From positions 727 through 64,726 of the forward strand of contig JAIRMQ010000029.1 in NCBI GenBank assembly GCA_031258575.1: a stretch of DNA of 64,000 nucleotides, in the 5' to 3' direction. The position numbers were made by a program, and so were the translations under genes. Below, piece by piece: positions 20,788 through 28,747 of the stretch. Under the pieces are notes generated by a model. It was not told where the DNA came from. It searched no databases and saw only the letters and a list, made by a program, of their open reading frames with translations. The DNA is from Holosporaceae bacterium (GTDB taxonomy: Bacteria; Pseudomonadota; Alphaproteobacteria; UBA3830). Position 1 is the first letter of the stretch. Each line of letters opens with the position of its first letter.

Positions 20788-22254
20788 ATGTCTGAAAATA
20801 TCGGAGAAATTTTATTCAAGAAAAATCTCTTAACGAAAGAGCAAATCGCTGTAATTACCAAGTCTCAAAAAAAATCAAATTTGCTCTTCGGACAACTTGC
20901 CGTCGTTCTTGGTTTTATGAGCGAAGATGATTTGATCAATGTTTTATCGGAACTTTATTCAATAGAAATAATAAATCTAGAATTTTTATATATAAATAAA
21001 GAGACTCTGATGTTAATTCCATATGAATTAGTTATATCGTGTCTTGCTATACCTTTTTTTGTCGATAGAAAAACCATAAAAATCGCTGTTGCGGATCCTG
21101 GAGACTTAAAGGCTATAGATTTAATTAATTCGCACATAAGAAACAAAAAAGTGCAATTTTTTATCGCCAGAAAAACTGAAATTCTCAGACTGTTAGAGAT
21201 AATAAAATGTGACGGAAAAAGTATTGATAAAGATCCTCTTCTTTTACTCAATAAAATCATTTTCGATGCAATGGAGTCTAGAGCAAGCGATATACATTTT
21301 GAACCTTTAGAAAATATGATACGCGTTCGCATAAGAGTGGATGGAATTCTTCGTATTTTGAAAAATATAGATTTTGATTCGTGGATGAGAATTAAATCCA
21401 AACTAAAACTTATTTCCAATCTTGATATAACAGAAAATCGAAGACCTCAAAGCGGACATACGCGTATTTTTTTGGCTGGGAAAAGCGTAGATTTAAGAAT
21501 ATCTACTCATCCTGGAATATATGGAGAAAATTTCGTCATTAGAGTTTTCGATCTTTCCAATGGAATTAGATCATTAGCGGACTTAAAGTTTCCGGAGGAG
21601 GATTTTTTATGGCTCAAACGTGTTATTGCTTTTCCCTACGGGATTTTACTAATCGTTGGCCCCACTGGGTCTGGAAAAACCACTACTCTATATTCCCTAT
21701 TGAGGGAAATTAATTCCCCTACAGTTAATATCATGACGTTGGAGGATCCTGTCGAATATCAAATTGAAGGAATAAAACAACTGGATTTACGTGAAGAAGG
21801 AATCCTATCTTTTTCAGATGGAGTAAGATCAATTTTGCGCCAAGATCCTGATGTAATGCTAATTGGGGAAATAAGAGACGAAGCAACAGCTTCATCTGCC
21901 GTGCGTGCTTCTCTTACTGGAAGATTAGTTTTAGCCACGTTACATGCATCTACACCAATCGAAGGAATCAGAAGGTTAGTCGATCTTGGTCTTAAATTAT
22001 CTGATTTCGTTCCATCTTTGATCGGAATTTTTTCTCAACGCTTAGTTAGATGCGTATCAAATATTGAGGGAAGATTCCCAATAACAGAATATATATTTTT
22101 TTCGGAAGAATTAAAGCAAAGTCTTTTAAGAAATAGCGATACGTCTATCTGCAAAGCGGATAAATCTTTTCATGATTCTGCCAAGTATGCACTGGATAAT
22201 AATCTAACAACTTTAGCTGAAATTACAAAGGTTTTGGGAAATGCCTCTATATAA
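20788..22254 (+). CDS. GspE/PilB-family secretion/pilus-assembly ATPase
   Basis: N-terminal T2SSE_N-like helices (IGEILFKKNLLTKEQIAVI, LFGQLAVVLGFMSEDDL). Walker A GPTGSGKTTT, Asp box MTLEDPVEYQIEG, Walker B/His box ILRQDPDVMLIGEIRD and LATLHA. There is no CxxC pair anywhere in the protein. Confidence 0.92.
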   Translation: MSENIGEILFKKNLLTKEQIAVITKSQKKSNLLFGQLAVVLGFMSEDDLINVLSELYSIEIINLEFLYINKETLMLIPYELVISCLAIPFFVDRKTIKIAVADPGDLKAIDLINSHIRNKKVQFFIARKTEILRLLEIIKCDGKSIDKDPLLLLNKIIFDAMESRASDIHFEPLENMIRVRIRVDGILRILKNIDFDSWMRIKSKLKLISNLDITENRRPQSGHTRIFLAGKSVDLRISTHPGIYGENFVIRVFDLSNGIRSLADLKFPEEDFLWLKRVIAFPYGILLIVGPTGSGKTTTLYSLLREINSPTVNIMTLEDPVEYQIEGIKQLDLREEGILSFSDGVRSILRQDPDVMLIGEIRDEATASSAVRASLTGRLVLATLHASTPIEGIRRLVDLGLKLSDFVPSLIGIFSQRLVRCVSNIEGRFPITEYIFFSEELKQSLLRNSDTSICKADKSFHDSAKYALDNNLTTLAEITKVLGNASI

Positions 22255-23413
22255 ATATCAAGTTCTAACTAAGAGCGGTGAGAAAAAACACGGTATTTTA
22301 TTGTCTGATGATTATAAACAAGCCTATGAAGTTCTGCATAGCAAGCAATATTTACCGATAAAAATAAAAAAAATCTATTGCACTTCTCGAAAAATTTCTC
22401 CAGAAAAATTATTGATGTTTTTCATGCATATCGAATTGCAGTTAAAATGCGGAGTAAGAATTAACGATGCAATAGAATCGTTCTCTGGATTTCAAGAGGA
22501 CCGAATTCTAAATGCTTCGCTTGTTGATATTGCAGATCTCCTTAAAAGAGGAGAAAGCATAAGCGATGCTTTTGAAAAATGTCACGCCATCTTTGACGAT
22601 GTTATTATTGGATTATTCCGATCTGCGGAAAATACCGGAGAAATTTTGGATGTTATTACGAACATATTAAAATTTTTAAAATTGCAAACAGAGTGGAGAG
22701 ATAATGTAAAAAGAGCGATCGCTTATCCGATATTTATAACGATTGTTGCGATATTAGTTCTAATTATTAGTGTAGGGGTCCTAGGACCTCAGGTTATTTC
22801 CCTTATTCAAATTTGTAACAATGGCGAAATTCCAATTCTCACGCAATTTACTATAAACATACTGCCCCAAATTTTTGAAATAGCTTGTGCTTTTTTCCCT
22901 GCGTTATTATTAATCCTAGTAATCGTTTTATTAAGTCGAAAAAATAGAAGTCTTTTTCTCCTCAAAATTCCAGTTATAAAAAAATTAATAACTCAAATTG
23001 TTTTGTGGAATTTTTATAAGATTATGCACATAGCTTTATCCGCGAAGTTAGATTTTATACAAGCGCTAACTTTGGCGATAGACGCTGTAAAATTTGATTC
23101 TATAAAAAAAGAACTGGAAAATATTCGCAATGACATAATTGATGGATATGGAATTTCAGAATCATTTTCTGAAAAAGAATTGATCCCCGCTGAAGTTCTT
23201 ATGGTTATTCGAATAGGAGAAGAAGGTAACGATCTTAAAGAGAGTTTTTATTATATCAGTGATGATCAATATAAAAGAATATTATTAGATATTGAAGTAT
23301 TAGGACGCAGGCTAAGTATAGGTTTAACAATCTTTACAGGTCTGATATTCATTTTTATTCTTTGCACTCTTTTTTATCCAATTTATAGCTATATCGAGAT
23401 TGCGAGTATGTGA
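22241..23413 (+). CDS. GspF/PilC-family inner-membrane platform protein
   Basis: 390 aa with two GspF-type repeats separated by TM helices (SDAFEKCHAIFDDVIIGLFRSAENTGEI and ISESFSEKELIPAEVLMVIRIGEEGNDL). Overlaps the ATPase gene by 14 nt. Confidence 0.88.
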   Translation: MPLYKYQVLTKSGEKKHGILLSDDYKQAYEVLHSKQYLPIKIKKIYCTSRKISPEKLLMFFMHIELQLKCGVRINDAIESFSGFQEDRILNASLVDIADLLKRGESISDAFEKCHAIFDDVIIGLFRSAENTGEILDVITNILKFLKLQTEWRDNVKRAIAYPIFITIVAILVLIISVGVLGPQVISLIQICNNGEIPILTQFTINILPQIFEIACAFFPALLLILVIVLLSRKNRSLFLLKIPVIKKLITQIVLWNFYKIMHIALSAKLDFIQALTLAIDAVKFDSIKKELENIRNDIIDGYGISESFSEKELIPAEVLMVIRIGEEGNDLKESFYYISDDQYKRILLDIEVLGRRLSIGLTIFTGLIFIFILCTLFYPIYSYIEIASM

Positions 23414-24522
23414 TGTATATTTTTCGAGGAGAAAATAAAGAAAGAATATTCGATAAAATACTCGATAAAAACCCCGCTGGAATTATCTTAGATAAAAGCA
23501 GCATATCTTTCTCTTCAGAACGATTGCAGAAATGTTACGTATGGGATGCCTACAGCGCGTTAAATTGCAAGAAAAAAATATTATCTTCCACAGAAAAAGC
23601 TTTTCTGATTTTCCCAGATAGAATTTTCAAAAAATCTGATTTCTACATTCAAAAAATTTCTTTTCCCGAGGAATTTTTATCTGGGGAAACAGATATATTT
23701 TTAACGGAAAAGGTCATTGCAGAATTTTGTAAGAGTCTTGACGTTATCGATGAAAAAACTCAATGGTTGTATGCAGCGAATCATAAATCTAGTGGATTAA
23801 GAATAATTGTAGGATTTGGTGGTAGCATAATTTTAACAAGGTTTTTACCTCAAAACTCGGAAATAGAAAAAGAGATTTCTAAGACAATAATTTATCTACG
23901 AAGATTCGATATAAATGGGAAAATTAAAATATTTACTCCGTTTTCTAAACTTCAATTAGCTGCACTGACGAACAGTGAGATAATTCATATTGAAAAATAC
24001 GAGGATGCGGAAGAAGCTATAGCAGATTTTCTATCAAAGAATCGAAAAATAAAACCAATTTATGGAAAACGGTTTTCTTTTGATGATCCACGTATACTAA
24101 CTTGGTCCGGAATAATTTCCGTTGTTTTTGCGGGCGGAATTTTCTATTTGAAAGAATCTATAAAAGAGAACGAGCATATTATTACTGAGCTTAGAAAGGA
24201 TGTAACTATTTCGGCAAAGCACATTAAAATAATAGCAAACTCTGAAAATTTTTCTTTCTTAAAACAATTCATAAATGAATTTAAAAGCTCTTATAATCCA
24301 GTAAAAATGCTACAAAAAATCTCACAACCATGTCGCGAGTATAACCTAAATGTAGAAGAAATTTCATTTAGTAAAGGAGCGAAAATCAAAGCTTTTCTCT
24401 CTAAAAAACAATTAAATGAACTAAAGGAAAATAAAGGAATAAAAATAGAAGAGATCTCAGAAGATAAATACGAAGAGATTGGAAAAAATGAAAAAGTGGG
24501 AGTATTAATTTGTATAGATTGA
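23410..24522 (+). CDS. Hypothetical bitopic membrane protein, GspL- or PilM/PilN-fusion-like topology
   Basis: 370 aa. About 228 aa are cytoplasmic, preceded by a basic stretch (KNRKIKPIYGKR). A single TM helix spans aa ~229-246 (ILTWSGIISVVFAGGIFY), followed by a periplasmic part of ~124 aa. The start overlaps the platform gene stop (GTGATG). Confidence 0.6.
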   Translation: MMYIFRGENKERIFDKILDKNPAGIILDKSSISFSSERLQKCYVWDAYSALNCKKKILSSTEKAFLIFPDRIFKKSDFYIQKISFPEEFLSGETDIFLTEKVIAEFCKSLDVIDEKTQWLYAANHKSSGLRIIVGFGGSIILTRFLPQNSEIEKEISKTIIYLRRFDINGKIKIFTPFSKLQLAALTNSEIIHIEKYEDAEEAIADFLSKNRKIKPIYGKRFSFDDPRILTWSGIISVVFAGGIFYLKESIKENEHIITELRKDVTISAKHIKIIANSENFSFLKQFINEFKSSYNPVKMLQKISQPCREYNLNVEEISFSKGAKIKAFLSKKQLNELKENKGIKIEEISEDKYEEIGKNEKVGVLICID

Positions 24523-25202
24523 GATTAATGCTTGTTCCATTATTGGGCTTTTTCCTGCTAAAGGACGTGATAGTCTTATGTGATCTACAGGAACTTAGAA
24601 AACGCTTATCAGATTCCCAAAAAGCAATAGAGATTTTTTTAAAAAAAATCGAAACGCTCCCGTATTTAAAATCAACAAAAAAAATTTTTAATACTAAGAT
24701 TGATCCAAAACAAGTTATAGAAAAAATCTCCGGTCGCTTGAAAGTTCATAAAACCTTAGTAAAGCAAGGCTCTTCAATCGAAGAAATTAAAATACTTTCA
24801 AAGCAGGAAGACGTGGTATATAGATTTATAGAAGATTTACTTTTTGAGTTGCCTGGCATAATACAATTTGAATCCATAAAAATCTCGAAAAATAATAAAG
24901 AATTATCCGCTACGATACAATTAAAAGCGTTTCAATTATTGAATGTCCGTGATTTTGTTAACATAGATTCGTCGGATGAAAAATCGGATACGTCATCCAT
25001 AAAATTATTTTTTTCAGACGAAAAAAGAAAACATAATTTATTGTGTACTTTAGAAAAAGCAAAAGCTTACATAAATAATTCATGGTTTCAACTAGGTGAT
25101 GCAATAGAAGACCGCAGATTGATTGGAATATACCAAAATTACATTGAATTACAACGCAGCAATGGCGATAAAACTATAATAAAACTCGGAGAAATGTGGT
25201 AA
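24510..25202 (+). CDS. Hypothetical N-terminally anchored protein, GspM/PilO-like with a PilP/GspC-like tail
   Basis: 230 aa with a TM helix at aa ~4-24, then a coiled-coil-like segment (LQELRKRLSDSQKAIEIF). The C-terminus is beta-strand-like (NSWFQLGDAIEDRRLIGIYQNYIELQRSNGDKTIIKLGE). Overlaps the previous ORF by 13 nt. The start is uncertain (TTG 24510 or ATG 24528). Confidence 0.55.
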   Translation: MYRLRLMLVPLLGFFLLKDVIVLCDLQELRKRLSDSQKAIEIFLKKIETLPYLKSTKKIFNTKIDPKQVIEKISGRLKVHKTLVKQGSSIEEIKILSKQEDVVYRFIEDLLFELPGIIQFESIKISKNNKELSATIQLKAFQLLNVRDFVNIDSSDEKSDTSSIKLFFSDEKRKHNLLCTLEKAKAYINNSWFQLGDAIEDRRLIGIYQNYIELQRSNGDKTIIKLGEMW

Positions 25203-25203
25203 T

Positions 25204-26124
25204 CTAAAATTGGTTAGCGAACATCTCTAGCGAATCCAGCGAATTTACATTTATTGAGTTAATTTCTGGAGAAATGCGTTTTACTAATCCTGTAAGAACT
25301 TTCCCTGGACCTATTTCGATGCATTTTTTCACAGAATTTGCTTCTGCGAAAAGAATACTTTCTCTCCATCTAACTCGATTGGTAATTTGCTTTACTAGAA
25401 GATCTTTAAAGTTATTAGATTCTGCTATAGCAGTAACATTAGAAATAATAGGTTTTGCAGGAGGATTAAACGAAATTCCACACAATGCTTCTGCAACCTC
25501 CTTGGCCGCTTTTTCCATTAAAATAGAATGAAATGGACCGCTTACTTCTAATAGAACAGTTCTGACATTCGCTGCCATTTTCATAACTTTTTTCACAGCG
25601 TCTTTATGCCCGCTAATAACGATTTGTTCAGGAGAATTGTCATTCGCGATCTGAACTATTTTATCCATAGAGGAACACTCCTTAACATTTTTCTCAAGTG
25701 TTTCAATATTCATTCCTATTATAGCAGCCATTGCACCATCAACTGGACAAGCTTTTGCCATTGCATAACCACGAGTTCTCAGAATTTTAGCGGCATCGGA
25801 GAGGGCTATTGCTCCACTAGCGCATAGAGCAGTACATTCTCCTAATGAATGTCCCGCAAGAAAACGTGTTTTCGCTAGAAGATTTACGTTAAATTCTTTT
25901 TCTAGAACTCGGACAAAAGCCATACACACAGCCATAAGTGCTGGTTGCGTATTTTTAGTTAATTTTAGGTCCTCCGGAGAACCATTGAATATTAAATTCG
26001 ATAAGTTGAAAGAAATCGCTTCGTCTATTTCATGAAAGACATCACGAGCGCTACGAAATGCATCATATATATCTTTTCCCATTCCGATCTTTTGAGATCC
26101 TTGACCGGGAAATACTATCAGCAT
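25204..26124 (-). CDS. fabD: Malonyl-CoA:ACP transacylase
   Basis: FPGQGSQKIGMG, active-site GHSLGE, and the overall FabD layout. Confidence 0.95.
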   Translation of the reverse strand: MLIVFPGQGSQKIGMGKDIYDAFRSARDVFHEIDEAISFNLSNLIFNGSPEDLKLTKNTQPALMAVCMAFVRVLEKEFNVNLLAKTRFLAGHSLGECTALCASGAIALSDAAKILRTRGYAMAKACPVDGAMAAIIGMNIETLEKNVKECSSMDKIVQIANDNSPEQIVISGHKDAVKKVMKMAANVRTVLLEVSGPFHSILMEKAAKEVAEALCGISFNPPAKPIISNVTAIAESNNFKDLLVKQITNRVRWRESILFAEANSVKKCIEIGPGKVLTGLVKRISPEINSINVNSLDSLEMFANQF

Positions 26125-26132
26125 ACCTTCTC

Positions 26133-28289
26133 CTATGCTACTCGCCTTTCTTTTTTTAAGGTTATTAGGACTTCTGATATGTAAAACTTAGGTAAAATAC
26201 GAATGCCTGATTTTTCTGCGGAATTCCGTACTTTTTCTTTATTGTAAAAACCAGTCACAAGAATCGATTGTTTCTGCATGTTATTCTTTTCTATAAAAGT
26301 GATTCCATTTACATCATTACTTTTTAATTCATAATCTACTAATAAAAGCATCCGCTTTTTCTCCTGTACTGTTTCTATAAAATCCATGGCCTCCTGGTAC
26401 TTCGAAAAGCATTTAATACTAATATCACCACTGTAATCTTTTAAGCGGCGCTCCCAAATATAATGTATCAATGGTTCATCATCAACTATCACCACAATAT
26501 TTCCCTTATGCAAGATGATCTTACTGGCAAACCAGTGAGGTTTTTCGGAAATCGGAATAGTAATGATAAAATCTGTGCCTACCCCCATTTCGGACAGCAC
26601 TTCTAAATCTCCATTCATTTTTTCTAACGTTGACCTAAGCTGAGTCAGACCAACACCATATCCACCGATTTTATCGCTTGCGACTCGTGCCTTATTCATA
26701 ATTTTTTCTATGGTTTCTTTGGGCATACCTTTTCCATTGTCTCTTACGAGAATTTTTATATTACTTACATCCTTTGAAATAAGAATATCAACGCTTCCGC
26801 CCGATTCTTTTCTAAGCGCTTCCAGTGCATTGTCTATTACATTTGAAATCATTCGTTTGAACGCCATTTTATTTCCTTTCACGAAAATATATTCTTCGTT
26901 GTTAGGACAGGAATAGTTGATTTTTAAGTTCCACATTTCATATTCCTTTATCTTTTGGCTTATGATATCCAACAGCGTTGGATGAACTTCAATATATTCT
27001 TTATACGAATTAGCTTCCTCGGTATTGATTGCTTGTAAACCATTTTTACAATCTCCATTTGAATATTTCTTATGTTTATCCAAAAGATCATTAACTATAA
27101 TATTCACGCTTTCTATTAAACTTTCTAAAAATTTTACATCTTTCTCCTTCAATTCCTTGCAAATTTTAACGAAAGTAGACAAAGCCGCAATAGGAGAACG
27201 GATATCATGCACTACTTGCTCACTGATACTTCTTAATTTTTCTTGTACTTTATTTCGAAGCTCAAGTTTTTCATTCTTTTTTCGTTCTGTAATATTAACT
27301 GCAAGACCAATTACTCCTTCTACCTTTCCCTCTATTATTAACGGAGATTTAACTACAAGATAGCTAATTCCAAGATATTCTTCTTCTGTGATTATTTCTT
27401 TCCTTGTTTTCAAAATATCAGTTGTTGTCTTCCAAGCCTGGGCATTTAGCTTTTTGGCATTATTACCTCCAATAACTTGATCCAAAGCGTAATTTTTGTA
27501 GATATGGTTGCCATATTTATCTATGACGAAAAAATTAACATTGGATACAGTTTCTTTCATAAAACGAGAAACTTCCGCATTCAATATTTCTGCATTCAGA
27601 TCGCTGTGTTTACAACTCTTCTGAGATTGCTTAGACGTTTTATAACGAAGATGTTTAATGCTTAGTTTATAACGTTTTGCTACGTCCTCCATTGATCGTG
27701 CTAAATTCATCGGGTATACCAAAACCGTAGGATTTTGAAAGTTTACACATATATACGCGAGCTCTTCCAGCAAAAAATCTATACTACAAGAGAGCTCGTT
27801 ATTGCCTTTATATGCAGCTATCGAAGCATCTGATATGACAAGATCTCTAAAACTTAGGATAAGCCCTTCACCATTCTGATCTCCCGCATAGTCTTTTAGT
27901 ATTTGTTTATGCCATTTTTTAAATTCGTTCGAACTAATACCCTCTATCCACGGCTTTACTACAGTATCAACTTGTAATTTGTTAATGGATTCTTTATTTT
28001 TAGCGAGCCATAAAGTTTCTATAGAAGGATCGGAATAAGTATTAAAATCCGGAATAACGTGCCTGTACAAATACGAAGTATCGACGATATTAATTTTTTT
28101 TAGCTTTTTCTTTGTCTCTTCGAGATTTAGTGAATTAACCAAATCTTCGAATCCTTCTCCACTTTGACTACTGCAACCATACGATATAACTGCATTTAAA
28201 GTTATACTTCTCTCTGCGGCTGCATTAAAGAATTCAAGGGCTTCTTCACTCCATTTCACATGTCTATTTTCTTCCATATCCACCTCCAT
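26133..28289 (-). CDS. Soluble hybrid sensor histidine kinase/response regulator with an unassigned N-terminal domain
   Basis: No TM helix. aa ~1-245 are unassigned and aa ~245-335 are PAS-like. H-box VVHDIRSPIAAL, N-box NVIDNALEA, G1 DNGKGMP, G2 GGYGVGL. The C-terminal receiver domain has VIVDDEP, LLLVDYEL and ILPKF. Confidence 0.9.
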   Translation of the reverse strand: MEVDMEENRHVKWSEEALEFFNAAAERSITLNAVISYGCSSQSGEGFEDLVNSLNLEETKKKLKKINIVDTSYLYRHVIPDFNTYSDPSIETLWLAKNKESINKLQVDTVVKPWIEGISSNEFKKWHKQILKDYAGDQNGEGLILSFRDLVISDASIAAYKGNNELSCSIDFLLEELAYICVNFQNPTVLVYPMNLARSMEDVAKRYKLSIKHLRYKTSKQSQKSCKHSDLNAEILNAEVSRFMKETVSNVNFFVIDKYGNHIYKNYALDQVIGGNNAKKLNAQAWKTTTDILKTRKEIITEEEYLGISYLVVKSPLIIEGKVEGVIGLAVNITERKKNEKLELRNKVQEKLRSISEQVVHDIRSPIAALSTFVKICKELKEKDVKFLESLIESVNIIVNDLLDKHKKYSNGDCKNGLQAINTEEANSYKEYIEVHPTLLDIISQKIKEYEMWNLKINYSCPNNEEYIFVKGNKMAFKRMISNVIDNALEALRKESGGSVDILISKDVSNIKILVRDNGKGMPKETIEKIMNKARVASDKIGGYGVGLTQLRSTLEKMNGDLEVLSEMGVGTDFIITIPISEKPHWFASKIILHKGNIVVIVDDEPLIHYIWERRLKDYSGDISIKCFSKYQEAMDFIETVQEKKRMLLLVDYELKSNDVNGITFIEKNNMQKQSILVTGFYNKEKVRNSAEKSGIRILPKFYISEVLITLKKERRVA

Positions 28290-28542
28290 ATTTGAAAATT
28301 AAAAAAGCGACGCCTCCACAAAATAACAAAGCAAAGGCAGATCCTACGAGGAATATCCAATCACCCTTGATGTATCCATGTAGAACAGAAAACACTTGTA
28401 CTATACAAAAACCAGAAAACGTCACAGGAGAAAGCCCGTCTGCATTTTTAGTTTTGTATATCTTGATTGCCTGAGGAACAAAAAGGGCGGCGTTAAATGC
28501 TAAACAAAAAGCAAACACAAACTCAACAATCACCACGAACAT
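28264..28542 (-). CDS. SemiSWEET-like PQ-loop mini-transporter (3 TM)
   Basis: 92 aa with three hydrophobic helices and a PQ motif at the end of TM1 (FVPQAIKIYKTKNADGLSP). The stop overlaps the kinase start by 26 nt (14 nt if the kinase starts at its second Met). Confidence 0.7.
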   Translation of the reverse strand: MFVVIVEFVFAFCLAFNAALFVPQAIKIYKTKNADGLSPVTFSGFCIVQVFSVLHGYIKGDWIFLVGSAFALLFCGGVAFLIFKYGGGYGRK

Positions 28543-28747
28543 ACAAGGGCCCTTACTATTTTTTCAGAGTTAATCCCGCATAAAAACTACACACCTACAC
28601 GAGTACTACCACTGTTTGTTTTTTATAGTAGCTTTTGCATGCGAAGTCAATATTAATATTTTATTAATTATTTCCCGAACACAGACGTTCTTTTATGGAA
28701 TTTTAGAGGGTATAATGGTCTGTTTCTATTGGACTTAATAACAGATC

